From Octopus vulgaris (taxonomy: Eukaryota): 64,000 nt of DNA. The position numbers and the translations under genes are program-made. Shown piece after piece: positions 52,107-64,000 of the stretch; the first letter of the stretch is position 1, and each line of letters opens with the position of its first letter. The stretch covers positions 142,786,001-142,850,000 of the forward strand of contig OX597818.1 in NCBI GenBank assembly GCA_951406725.2. The letters are read 5' to 3'. Under the pieces are notes generated by a model, which saw nothing but the letters and a program-made list of their open reading frames with translations, had not been told where the DNA came from and searched no databases.

Positions 52107-52394
52107 CTTTTCCTTTTGAACGGCACATGTCAACACAATTTCTAAGTTAATTAAACACTTAAAAACTTGTTGTCTCAGTTTTAGATGCAGCAAATGATTT
52201 TAGCTCACTAGAGGCGATTCATTGGTTAAAATTCGAAAAATTAAACTACGCTAAACAAACAAATTACAATTTTCTCAAGAAAGCCAAAAGAAAAAAATGT
52301 TTTATTTTGACACATTCTACCAGTATACGAAATTTTAAGGTGTTTAGTTAACTAGAAATTGTGTTGACTTGTGCCGTTCAAAAGGAAAAGATCC
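52107..52394. mobile_element. Internally deleted copy of the 43409 foldback family
   Basis: CTTTTCCTTTTGAACGGCAC...GTGCCGTTCAAAAGGAAAAGATCC. The left terminal GGAT is missing. Confidence 0.8.
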
Positions 52395-53300
52395 AAACCC
52401 ATGGCTTTTTATAGGGCCACAAAAACTGATAGAAGTGATAGAAGAAGGTAAAGTATCCTCAAACTGGAGACTTTGCCCAAATGGGCCCTACTTACATCAC
52501 CCAATGATCAGGTGGTCACATGTGACTGGGCGGCGAGCTGGCAGAAACGTTAGCACGCCGGTATTTCGTCTGTCGTTACGTTGTGAGTTCAAATTCTGCC
52601 GAGGTCGACTTGGCCTTTCATCCTTTCGGGGTCGATAAATTAAGTACCAGTTACGCACTGGGGTCGATGTAATCGATTTAATACCTATGTCTATCCTTGT
52701 TTGTCCCCTCTGTGTTTAGCCCCTTGTGGGTAATAAAGAAATAAGTTACATGTGACTGGGCAAGTGGGGAGTTTACTTCCCAAATAAGTTGTGGTGTGGT
52801 TTGAACTGAAGCAAACACCGCATAGCATTTTGTTCGACGCTCTGACGATTCTGTCGGTTAGCCGGTCATTCCTCGTTATCGGTGAGAAGATATGATAGAG
52901 TTTGCATCTTCATAAGTCTTTTGTATTCACCAATAGAGTTGAACATATTTAAAAGATATTCATTTTATTAGGTATGGCAATTTGCCTATTTTCCAATCCT
53001 GGCAGGGCGCTCACTATGAGAAGCACTGTGTTAATGAACATCTGTGCACATGGCATATTTACAAATACTGTTTTTCTTTTGTATAATGCTATTATGTAAG
53101 AGTTTTGTGTTAAGCATCGCTTTTTACTTTCTGTAATTTTCTCGTCGTTTGCCAAAGCAAACACACGAATCATGTCTCTGTGTATTATGATGTACAAAGC
53201 GCAACAAATGCACATTAACACTCGCACCCAACCACCCACTCATATATATATAAATAACCGTGTGTGGATGTGGATGTAGATGCATGGATATATGTATGAA

Positions 53301-53356
<56 letters not shown>

Positions 53357-53499
53357 TTAAACAGCCGAAATTGCTAAGATGATCCGGTTCCGACTGAAGA
53401 TTAGAGGCTTCGAGTGACCCGTCTGTTTTTTTTGTGTCGTCTCTTTGTGTGTTTTTGCGTTCTTGTCCCACTTTGTAATTTATATTTTATATTTAATTT

Positions 53500-53501
53500 C
53501 T

Positions 53502-53551
<50 letters not shown>

Positions 53552-53705
53552 ATATATACATATATATATGTGTGTGTGTGTATATATATATGTGTGTGTG
53601 TGTGTATATATATATATGTGTGTGTGTGTGTGTATATATATATATGTGTGTGTGTGTGTATATATATATATGTGTGTGTGTGTGTATATATATATATGTG
53701 TGTGA
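53500..53705. repeat. Alternating (TA)n(TG)n compound microsatellite
   Basis: Directly visible, with a ~20-bp higher-order period. Confidence 0.95.
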
Positions 53706-54224
53706 GTGAGTGTATTTACGTCCACACACACATCATATTAATATAGCTTGACTTCGCCGGATAAACAGCGAAGTAGCAGAAATAACTATAAAAAATTATT
53801 TAAGGTCGTATATCACTCAACAGTGTTTTAGGCTGTCAGCCTAACGGAATAATAATCGTCATCGTCATCATCACTACTACCTCCCATATCATTGTCAGTC
53901 CAATTATTTTATTGCTCTCCTAATACCTTATCACCCATCTCAACATCTCTTGACATTCACTTGTGTAACACGAGTACAAGGCATACTTCTAAATTACAAT
54001 AGTTAATATTAAACATATATAATGCAAGGAACCATCAAACAAGCTAATTTATAACTCAACCGGCCCAGCTCAGATACGATGACACAGAAATGTAGCAAAA
54101 ACTTTTAGAGGACGTTGGCATAGTTGTTGTATGCCTCTGTTTAGTCCTGATCGAGTTAATGGGTCCTCCGTCGGTTTCTACGACGAATATTCAGTTATTC
54201 CATCAACCGAGTAAACCGTTCTTT

Positions 54225-54644
54225 GGATCTTTTCGGTTTGAACGGCAGTTTTTTCTAGCGGTGTCATATGAAATTGTCACCCATAATTATGACCCTAGTA
54301 TCGATCTATTGCATTTCAATATGTTTTAGGGTTAGGGGTGGGGGAAGGGTATCTTTTTTTTCTTCACAAATGTAAATAAACCCAATCTGTTTCTTAAACG
54401 AGGGACATATTTATACGGCACTGAATGTTATTTTTTTTACCTCAATAGACGTCAGTGATTGGTTGAAATTGCAGAAATTGAAGAAGGAAAAAAAAACAAC
54501 AAATATCTTACAAACTATAGAATTTCCTCAATAAAGCCAAGAGAAAAAGATGTTTTATAAACACATTCTACCAGTATACGAAGTTTAAAATATTTTAGTT
54601 ACCTAGAAAGTATGTTAAAAACTGCCGTTCAAACCGAAAAATCC
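54225..54644. mobile_element. Related MITE with short TIRs and 8-bp TSD
   Basis: TIR GGAT(C)TTTTCGGTTTGAACGGCAGTTTTT. CGTTCTTT is duplicated at 54217 and 54645. Confidence 0.88.
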
Positions 54645-55523
54645 CGTTCTTTGAATAAGTGTGTAAGTGGCTGAGTATTTTTTAGGTTGTATTTGCGTGA
54701 TAGAGAATTACAGATACATTCCATCCAATGGGCTTCCATACAATTTCACTCATCCCAGTTTCGCTCACAAAGCATAATGGTTTAACCCAAGGTTGTAAAA
54801 ATTACTTGCTCAAACTTCTGCACTTTAGGATCGCGTCTGGGATCTCGTGATTGCAAAGCTGACCTCTTTAACCATTCGGCTAATCTGCTGATCATATAAC
54901 ACCGTATATAATATAGTCAAACCATAACCCAAACCAGGCTCATCGCTAGACTTTGGTGCTTCAGAATATTCTGGGTGGGCACTAATTTGTATTGCAAGAA
55001 GATTTTTGTAAACTATATTTTCTAAATCTGAGGATGCTCCTTTGAATAGTGAGGGGACAATACCGTCTAGTGCACCCCCTTAGCGACAGGCATGTTAGCG
55101 ACGGACATGGCCCAGACTTTATTCATAACGTGGCCCTGGTTCCCTGTGGATAGAAAAAGACGGGGTAGTTAGAGAAAAAAAACAAAAAAACAATGAGAAA
55201 AAGTGTATTTGCCAGTTATGCTGGCAGAAGAAAACATGATACCGTTCACTAATTGGGATTTCATAGAAAAGTGTTTGATGGCTGTTGTAGAAAAGGAAGT
55301 ACTATTTTCAAATGTCACTCTCTCTCTCTCTCTGCATGAAAAGTTTACTCGACAGACAGACAGAAGAAATGTCAGTAGATTTGAAAACTCCCTTAAAAAT
55401 CTACAACAAAAATTCCCGGTTTTTCTCAGGCGCATTAAAAGTATAGATACTGGCAATGATTTGTACGAAGAGTAAATGCAACTTGTGACATTGCCGAGGA
55501 ATTTGTTCAGCTGGTATTATATA

Positions 55524-55572
55524 CGAGGGTGAGTCAGAAAACAATGCAATTTATATTTTTTACTCACCCTCG
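55524..55572. mobile_element. 49-bp minimal Tc1/mariner-type MITE
   Basis: TA|CGAGGGTGAGT...ACTCACCCTCG|TA. Confidence 0.7.
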
Positions 55573-56373
55573 TATATATCAATTGTACTAACCACAAGGC
55601 ATAGTCCTTGTTGCGGTGTAGTGACATGTGTGCCTTAATGACCCAGAGAAGTGTATCAGCGGAGCACAAATTCCAGGTAGGGCAGCCCATGCTGGATATA
55701 GGTCAAAGGATAGAGGCCAGACTACTTTGGACCATTCCTTCCCAAAGGTAAAAAAAAAAAAATTACAGAAGTATCGATGACAATTCAAAACGGACAAGAC
55801 TTGGGACAGGAAGGTCTTTCCTCGAGGAAATATATGAGGCGGGACATTGAGGTAGAGCTGAAAAGGCAGGGATCCAGCTGGAGAGAAGCAGACAAAAAAA
55901 AAAACAGCCCAAAGTCAAGAACAGGAGAAGAATAGGCGATAACCTATGCTTAAGTAAAGGGCTAAGTAAGTAACCACGGGAGCAGACGGTCTCGAAGTAA
56001 CCACGGGAGCAGACGGTCTAGATAGTGGCTGCAATAAACACACGAAACTGAGTCTACCAAAGTTAGAATTCATAACGGACGAAGCGCTAATAATGGTTGG
56101 ACAAAATAAAGATGTGGTTCTGCTTCAAAGATATTGGAAGGTCTTGGAGTTAAGCACAACGTTAGGGAATGTACAGTATAATCCATTTGTGATATTGTGA
56201 TACTGTGACATGGATGCTGGCGACGAATGATCTGTCGATGAATTGACCTGGCGATGAATAAACGCCACGAAACCCACCAGGTGCATTAGGTGTTATGGTA
56301 TAAAATTTAAAAGATGTAATTTCCGTAATGGTTAAAATAGTAACCGTGATCTTCTCTCGGAGTCTGAAGCACC

Positions 56374-56973
56374 TGTAGTGATCCTATAACGGTGCGCGCG
56401 CGCGCACCGTCCATTTTCTATTTCGCGCGTGCGAGTGTTGGTGCCTTCACCAAGGCACAGAAAGGAAGGGCCCTCTCGCGCATGCGCGAACCACCGGAAG
56501 CACGACCCTTTTGCCTACGTGGTAGTTAGCCAAGGCAAGGGGGTCGTAAGACGTTTGACCACTAGCAGCAGTCAGCGGGGACTTGGGACATGGCTATCGA
56601 AGGTACTACACGTATATTCTCTCTGTCCAGCTCTGATAGCAGTCGGCCGAAGGTTTTCACCAAATTGTTGCCGACCACATTCATCTTCCCTGTTCCGGAC
56701 GCCATCTTAACCCGTTCTGTTTTTAGCGGCTGAACATTGTAAATATTATAATCCACCACTTTCAACCTTGCGCGCCCAGAACCAAGGACATCAGATAGCC
56801 ACTTATTGTTACTGTTACCAAGAAAGAGAGAATAAAGTAGTTATATATATATTACGTTTGCGTCTTGTTGTTTCTGACTGGTAGAATTCTGGATTATTAA
56901 AGCAACGGCTAGTGATTGCTTTCTTGTACCCCGAAAGTACAAGAGAAGATATTCGCTTACAAAGTTCGTTACA
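56374..56973 (+). repeat. 5' LTR
   Basis: TGTAGTGA...TCGTTACA, AATAAA at 56831. Confidence 0.92.
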
Positions 56974-56974
56974 G

Positions 56975-56994
56975 TGGTGACCCCCCGACGTGAT
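56975..56994 (+). promoter_or_regulatory. Primer-binding site complementary to tRNA-Trp 3' end
   Basis: TGGTGACCCCCCGACGTGAT versus canonical TGGTGACCCCGACGTGAT (two extra C), 1 nt after the 5' LTR. Confidence 0.85.
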
Positions 56995-58522
56995 TCTGGT
57001 CTAAAACCAGAGATCACTTAACAACAAAGAAATCCAGTTTTTCTGCGAAGTCGGAACACGATTAACTCTACGCATTCATCTTTCGACGATTTGTTTCCGG
57101 TCCCCTCGGACCGTTATAGAAGGAGCCCTTTTCTTATTCTACAGCCATGATGACGAACGCCATCATATATTCGATGCCTTTTCTCCACCTTCGTCATCGC
57201 CATCGTTGTCTTTCTACTTCACGTCGTCGCTATCTTCGTCGCCATCATCACTAAGAACTATGTTGTCTCAAGTCCACTACAGTCGCCTTCCTCCACCACC
57301 GTCGCCTTTCAACACCGTCGACCTCCACAAGATGTACATAGCAACTCGCGGAACTTTAGCGTGCACGCTGTATGTGCATATGCACACCAAGGATAAACAG
57401 CACCGTCTATCTACGAGATTCTTCAGTTCCAGTTAACCTGTCACAGCATCGAAGCCACAACCGTTATACGATATGTGTTCAACCGGCATCTGCATTTTGT
57501 GATTTCAACATTTCTGTTACAGAACGAACTGCTATTGTGCATCAGGCTATTAGAGACTGGTAAAATAACTCTTGTCTGGAATAGCCCCGAGAGACATTTT
57601 TTCTATGCGCTGTATTTTTTGTATTTTGCTCGCATTCACCTTGTATGTATTTCTGTCGCACACACGTACACACACATAAATGCTCTCTCTCACATACATA
57701 CGTCACAGATGCTTTTCTCGCTTGTTTTTTCCATGCTAAATTTGCCTTTTGTGGACACACCTCATTTCTATAGACCCTAGGTCGGTCACGTATACATAGA
57801 GAGGGTTGTTTGTCCATTATAACGCGCCAGCATGTCGTACCTTTGTTCCTGTACGAACGAGGCATATAATCGCTCAACCACTGGCATATTCTTGCTGTTT
57901 TTTGGTCTGGCAAGCTCTATTGCATTTCATGCGCCTTTTGCTCCGCACGTGTACTTGCCTTGTTTTTTGCAACACGTTTGCAGTAGCTTAGTTTTTCCCG
58001 ACTCATAGGACGTCGGATGTTCACATGTGCTGCGCCATGTTTAGGCGTAATTATTTTTCCCTGTTAGACCCCTGTTTGGTCACGTAATTAACAGAGAAAA
58101 TTATCTGTGTCGCGCATCACACCAGCATGCTTGCACTTTTGCCTTTTGTGTTACTAGCGATCCATCTGTCAATTCCATTTCCTCTCCTGCAGCAATTGAT
58201 TTAACTGCTATTTTGCAGGATTAACCACCTTTAGAGAAGTTGGATTTTAATTTCGCCTAGGTACATTGACTGTGAGTTTTGCTTTCCCTCAGCTCCTTTC
58301 AGCGGAAGGGTTTATACTTTGTGACGTATACACTTTCATGCATGCACTCTTGATTTTTGCTCATTGAGTATTTTTCTCTTTTTCCTTTAGTAAATTTCTT
58401 GTGTATGTTATAAATTTTGCCATTTTATTATATTGTGTGCTATTTGGTTATCTGGTGTCCACCTTGAGTTTTGCAGTCACTACAATAAGTTTCCTTCGTG
58501 CGTAAGCACTGGAGGGGAGCTT

Positions 58523-59122
58523 TGTAGTGATCCTATAACGGTGCGCGCGCGCGCACCGTCTATTTTCTATTTCGCGCGTGCGAGTGTTGGTGCCTTCACC
58601 AAGGCACAGAAAGGAAGGGCCCTCTCGCGCATGCGCGAACCACCGGAAGCACGACCCTTTTGCCTACGTGGTAGTTAGCCAAGGCAAGGGGTTCGTAGAA
58701 CGTTTGACCACTAGCAGCAGTCAGCGGGGACTTGGGACATGGCTATCGAAGGTACTACACGTATATTCTCTCTGTCCAGCTTTGATAGCAGTCGGCCGAA
58801 GGTTTTCACCAAATTGTTGCCGACCACATTCATCTTCCCTGTTCCGGACGCCATCTTAACCCGTTCTGTTTTTAGCGGCTGAACATTGTAAATATTATAA
58901 TCCACCACTTTCAGCCTTGCGCGCCCAGAACCAAGGACATCAGATAGCCACTTATTGTTACTGTTACCAAGAAAGAGAGAATAAAGTAGTTATATATATA
59001 TTACGTTTGCGTCTTGTTGTTTCTGACTGGTAGAATTCTGGATTATTAAAGCAACGGCTAGTGATTGCTTTCTTGTACCCCGAAAGTACAAGAGAAGATA
59101 TTCGCTTACAAAGTTCGTTACA
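58523..59122 (+). repeat. 3' LTR
   Basis: Direct repeat of the 5' LTR, about 6 substitutions seen by eye. Confidence 0.92.
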
Positions 59123-59392
59123 CGCCGTTAGTTACAGCAGCTTTTGTTGGAATCAGAGATTCCAACGATCAGAGCTTGCTTTACTTCTGCAACGTTCACT
59201 GACTCAGTCGAGTTGTTATGCATTGCATAAAGAAATAGCTAAATCTCTTGAAACCAACAACGTGAACGTCATAGAATTTCGAGATCCCAGATGTCGATTC
59301 TTGCATTTTTTGTGGATTTAACATTTCGTTTAGCTCATTTGTGATAATTTTCTGTTAAAATATTCTGCTCTTGTTTCAATTTATTTTGAAAA

Positions 59393-59783
59393 CTAGCAGC
59401 ATCGCCCGGCGTTGCTCGGGTTTGTTTCGACCCTTTAGAATTGGAATTTTTGAAAAGTAAAAATTTTGCATTATGTAGCTTGTTATTCTCTTTAAGTGAA
59501 CATTTTCTGGTTGAAATACACCGAAAAATGGCGACACAGCAGTCAAAAAATTGTAAAAAATAGGGATTTTCATAGAAAAAAAGCACCTTTTTGATGTAAA
59601 TAATTTTTGGTGTTAACACGGTCCGATTTGAATTTTTTCTTCTACGGAAGAAAGAGCAAGCCTTCTTCTATCATACTCTTAATTTTGGTCAACTTGCGCC
59701 GCAGGGTCTCGGAGGAGATAGTGTTAGTTGAAGGCTACCAAACCTGCCATACACAGACAATTTCAGTTTTATATAGAGAGAGA
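59393..59783 (-). mobile_element. Non-autonomous Helitron, subfamily 3
   Basis: Reverse strand reads A|TCTCTCTCTATATAAAA...CAAACCCGAGCAACGCCGGGCGATGCTGCTAG|T with a third type of interior. Confidence 0.8.
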
Positions 59784-60218
59784 TAATGAAGGAATCTATC
59801 TAAATAACTTCATTTCCCTTTGAAGTCTATAAATATATTTTGTTTGGATGTGTAATTATATTTTCATGCTTAATAAATTGTAACAACCACAAATATAAGC
59901 CTCCAGAAAGTGAAACAATGCATTACTAAATGAATACAATTTACTTTACTTTGAAAATTAATGCAACTATTATAAAATATTTATGTTCTTTGTAGTCGCA
60001 GTCACAAGATCTTGGGTTTCATTCCCGGACCGGGCGCAGCATTCTTGAGTAAAACATTTCATTTCACGTTGCTGTGCGATCGCTTTGATGCCTGACGAGT
60101 GGCACACCATGCAACTGTACAGACAATATCGATTTAGTGGAGGGAGGGAGCTGATGTGAGATTGTTCAACAAGAAATTGCAGAACCCCCATCACTCGTCT
60201 ACGACTGGAGAATCCACA

Positions 60219-60267
<49 letters not shown>

Positions 60268-60599
60268 CCTTCCAAAAGGTAGGCAGTGATACGGGTCACT
60301 GTTTGGTTTGCTACAAGATTAGACCGCAGTTAAAGAAGATGCTTTACATGAAATCACTCGTCAAGCAGCGCATTGACGTTACTATGGAACAAGACCCAGA
60401 TGAAGCAGAAGAATTCATAAGGTTACTAGAGGATGCCTTCCCCGCAGACACCTCATCAGATGTAGAGATAGAGATGGGATTCTCCCAGGGACTACGTCCA
60501 CAATGCTGCACTGAAGGTTTTTGGTAAAAAAAATGGTGCAAGACACAAGATTAGTTGGAAGCAATTTCGAGCAAACTCACCACTGTCTCTGAGGCAAAG

Positions 60600-61090
60600 C
60601 GTGAAGAAACCGTTCACCCGGATGACTGAGTCGATATCGCTATACATAGCATTAATCCATCCACGAAAAGTCGGGCCCCAGAGCAACCGCCGCCAGATAC
60701 CAATGATCAACCCTATCGAATGCATTAGACTGGTATAAATTCACCAGTGCCCCACCTTTGCCAGAAATTTTACCCACCCGTTCAATAGTGTAGCGTATGA
60801 GGTGAAGGTTGTCGTGTATTGTCCTACCTGAGATGGCGCATGTTTGCGCCTCTCCCGCCAGTTCGCCCACGACATGCCCCACTCTCTAGGTTAACACCTT
60901 AGCCAAAATCTTTAACTCTGTGTTTAGCAGAGTTATGGGCCTGCAATTATCAACGTCATTCCCCTTGCTCGGGTCCTTCCTGATCAGTGTTACTACTCCC
61001 TGGCTCACAGATTTGGTAATTCTCCCGTTCTGCTGCCAGTTCGCGTATACACCGGTCAGTATGTTCCCGGACAAGTCTGGCATACTCTTT
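60600..61090 (-). pseudogene. Tx1/L1-like reverse transcriptase fragment
   Basis: GVVTLIRKD..RPITLLNTELKILAKVL, QTCAISGRTIHDNLHLIR, AFDRVDH, WINAMYSDIDSVIRVNG. Confidence 0.8.
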
Positions 61091-61375
61091 GGCTTACGGA
61101 GTTCTAGTATTTATAATTATACAAAACTAGCTAGAAAATAGGTATATTGTAGAGAACAAAAGATATTCTTTGGGGGTCGACTGTTATCTCAATTCAACTC
61201 TCCACCGCTTACAAGAGGTTAGAAGGGTCAAGGGGCAATGACATAAATCGGCTTAGCAGAGCCATGTGTTCATTATAACTGCAGTCACTATTGTTTTTCT
61301 GTGGAAAAAGTGGTTGAAATGCCAAAGAAAATTGGCAGATTCAGGTTCGAGTCTACTCTGTCCCTAAATGAAGTC

Positions 61376-61412
<37 letters not shown>

Positions 61413-61899
61413 CATACACATATACATATATATTTTTCCATATATATATATGTATATACATATATATTTATGTGTGTGTGCGTGAGTGACGAACAGCTAC
61501 AAAATACTAAAGCTAAAATTTGAGTGCAAATTATCAATCGCTCTCTTTTGGTCAATCGGCGCTCGGTCGAGCAGCAAGCTCTCGCATTATGTTGATGTGT
61601 ACGAAGGTAGACCTCTTATCGTTTCTATTTGCATACATTCCTTTTATTCTCTCTTTCTCTCTCGTGGTCACATAGATAAAAATAGCTATCGTACAGAATG
61701 GAGATCCACAAACACGCATTCTTTTCCGTGGTTCAGAACCATCTAAGATTGGTGACCCGACGTAGAACATGCACCACATCATCTAAAATGGTAACCCCGA
61801 CATTCTAGATCACAATTCCTTCTAAAATGTATTAAACTTCGACAAGAATTAGCTTCGATTGAAGACACCTTCATCGTACCTAATTGTTAGTTCCATATG

Positions 61900-63460
61900 T
61901 AAAGAAGTCTTATTTTCATTTACAGCAATTAAATGGACAACACTGGATTTAGCGAGAACAGGATTGGTGCAAGGATGTCCACATGCTTCTCACCAGTTTT
62001 TACCTCAAATGATGGTAATGCTGATCCCTATGACAGCACCGAACACTCTATACTGTCATGAAGAGAGTGAATGGTAGAAAGGAATTTTGGTGGAATGAAA
62101 ACTTTCTAAAGTATTTTCCACGGTTCTTTACGGGATATGCTGTAAAAAAGGTTGGGTCAAACTAAAAAGTATGTTGATTTGTAGTGTTCTTAGGATTTTT
62201 CTTGCAGTTGACAGGTGGCAAAAATCTTATCTACTGTGCTACATCCACGATGAAATCTGTTCTGTGATGCAAAGAGTACAGATTTGGTTATTGGTGGGAG
62301 GAGACGTTCTAATAATCTTATTAGAATGTCCCCTACCAATAACTGAATTTGTATTCCTTGCGAACATTTTCCTAGCAATCGAGAGTCGAAAATCTCCTAC
62401 AATTGTCAATCGCTCGATCTCTTTTCTTGGAAATTGTCACGATTGGGCCATGTTTGAAGTGAGATGGAACTTGATTTCGTCATACTAACCCCAGTTATCA
62501 GTTTTTTGAAATCCAAGAAATTCAGAAGAGATATCATGACTTAATTTGCAATTCACCTCATGAAGCCGGATCCTGAATCGATGAAAGATGTTCCTGGAAA
62601 ACTACTTGCGCATCAGGATCTTTAAGCTTTTCCACAGATACATTTTGGTAGGGTTTCATTGTTAGTCTGTCTGTACATAGGATGTCATTTTAATTTTTGC
62701 TTTAACAAATGCATGATCTGACCAACAATCTGCCTCTTTAAAGGAATGCACGTCAAGTACATCTTTCATATCTCATTGCCAAACAATTACAAAATCAATT
62801 TCATGCCACTGTTTGGATCGAGGCTGCATCCATGTCATAATGTAACATTCTTTATGTATAAACTGGGTGCTTGATATAAATATGTCTATATCTGTGCAAA
62901 GTTGAAGGAGTAGCCAACCATTATCATTCATTTTTCCAACCCCATACCTTCCAAGACATCTCCAGGTGTTTCAGTCAGTGCCAACTCTAGCGTGAAAGTC
63001 ACCAAGTATAATAATTCTATCAAAATTAGCAATACCACGCACTCTTAAAACTACATAAAATTCGAGTTTTGCCTTTTCACTGCTTTCTAGAGTCGGTGTA
63101 TATGTACTTATACTTGTCGCATAGCGATCATCTCTTCATTTCACGTGTAGAGCCATAGTTCCCTCGTTAATACCCTGGGTGAGTCACTCAACTTTGACAC
63201 TAATCTTTAATGACAAATCCTCACACACTTCCATACGTTGTCCATCTTCTCCTTTCCAAAATATTGTATACCCTGCGTCGCGTTCTGTGACCTGACCATC
63301 ACCCAATAAACAGTTCTCTGAGAGTGTAGCAATATCTACAGAATATTTTCGTAGCTCGTTAGCAAGAATGGCTGTTTTACGCCCAGGACAAGCACCAGCA
63401 TTATCCGCTAACGAGCGAACATTCCGTTGGTTAATTAGTTTTGGTATTATTAATTCCATT
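61900..63460 (-). pseudogene. Degraded RTE/BovB-like LINE (APE endonuclease and RT start)
   Basis: NVRSLAD..RKTAILANELRKYSVDIATLSE..GYTIFWKG, TWMQPRSKQWH..DF, CWSDH, QNRFHRGCSTVDKIF..QLQEK. Confidence 0.8.
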
Positions 63461-64000
63461 GTTTCGAGCGCTGTACGAACATCTGCCTACTGCACTAAAC
63501 TGAACAGATTTTTGAGGTAAGCGAATTTGGGGTTACCTTTTCTAAACCCTCCCAAATACATCGGTGCGTAGTGCTGTCCCTAAAAAAGTGCTGCTCTGAC
63601 ACTTAATAGAGAAATCGAATCCCACCATTACCTTGGGTTGATGCGGAAGCAAATTTACACCTACTAAAAGGCCGCCTTTTTTGTAGGTTGGTGACTAGAT
63701 ACCTTCAGCCCATCAGGTTTATATCGAATGGCACCTTCTTCTCACCACAGGTCTTGTGACAAAAATAAATAAAATAAATAAACAAAGGACAGCAAAATTA
63801 CAAAGGAACATTTTTTATTATTTTACGCGCCCTTTTCAAGCCTAGCCAAGCTCAAGGGCCCGGTTTCCCGGTTTCTATGGCGTATGTGTTCCTCCCAGCT
63901 GGATGGGACGCCAGTCCACCGCAGCGTTACTCAAGAAACAGGAAGAAAGAGTGAGAGAAAGTTGGGGCGAAAGAGTACAACAAGGGTCGCCACCACTCCC

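Larger units (their letters stand above)
56374..59122 (+). mobile_element. Non-autonomous LTR retroelement (Gypsy/CsRN1-like signals)
   Basis: Two 600-bp TG..CA LTRs, a tRNA-Trp-type PBS, PPT GGAGGGGAG at 58511, flanks CACC/CGCC, and no gag/pol ORF in the 1549-bp interior. Confidence 0.9.

Noticed and set aside
53355-53490. Hammerhead in the CAGCCGAAA...CTGAAGA repeat (inverted relative at ~50790-50925)
   Set aside because: The core segments are not joined by a convincing stem II plus GAAA. It may be a Penelope-like fragment but is not supportable as a ribozyme.
56374-56973. Retrozyme (hammerhead ribozyme in the LTR)
   Set aside because: No CTGANGA..GAAA core found on either strand. The nearest matches (CTGATAG, CTGATGT) break the conserved core, and the first differs between the two LTRs.

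Overview
AT-rich, repeat-dense eukaryotic DNA. The SINE/LINE/microsatellite landscape suggests a coleoid cephalopod, probably Octopus (inference). Two divergent spliced genes are present. The first two coding exons of PAXIP1/PTIP lie on the minus strand (13330-13220, 5484-5347; the rest was not found, probably left of the window). A complete 8-coding-exon DCAF7/WDR68 lies on the plus strand (24728-37522, 347 aa, all introns GT-AG). Most other ORFs in the track are repeat artefacts. Mobile DNA includes: a near-intact DD34D mariner; a decayed Helitron Rep relic plus four non-autonomous Helitrons sharing one 3' end; three foldback MITEs (two with perfect 8-bp TSDs and telomere-like motifs); a young non-coding LTR element with a tRNA-Trp PBS; RTE, BovB-like and Tx1-like LINE fragments; three tRNA-SINE families; and an inverted Penelope-like repeat with degenerate hammerhead cores. 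No clearly new biological system is proven. The best leads are the non-autonomous LTR element, the 147-bp and 84-bp flanking duplications, the SINE-LINE shared tail, and the SINE-derived branch region of a DCAF7 exon. All coordinates were counted by eye, and family calls rest on recalled motifs rather than database searches.
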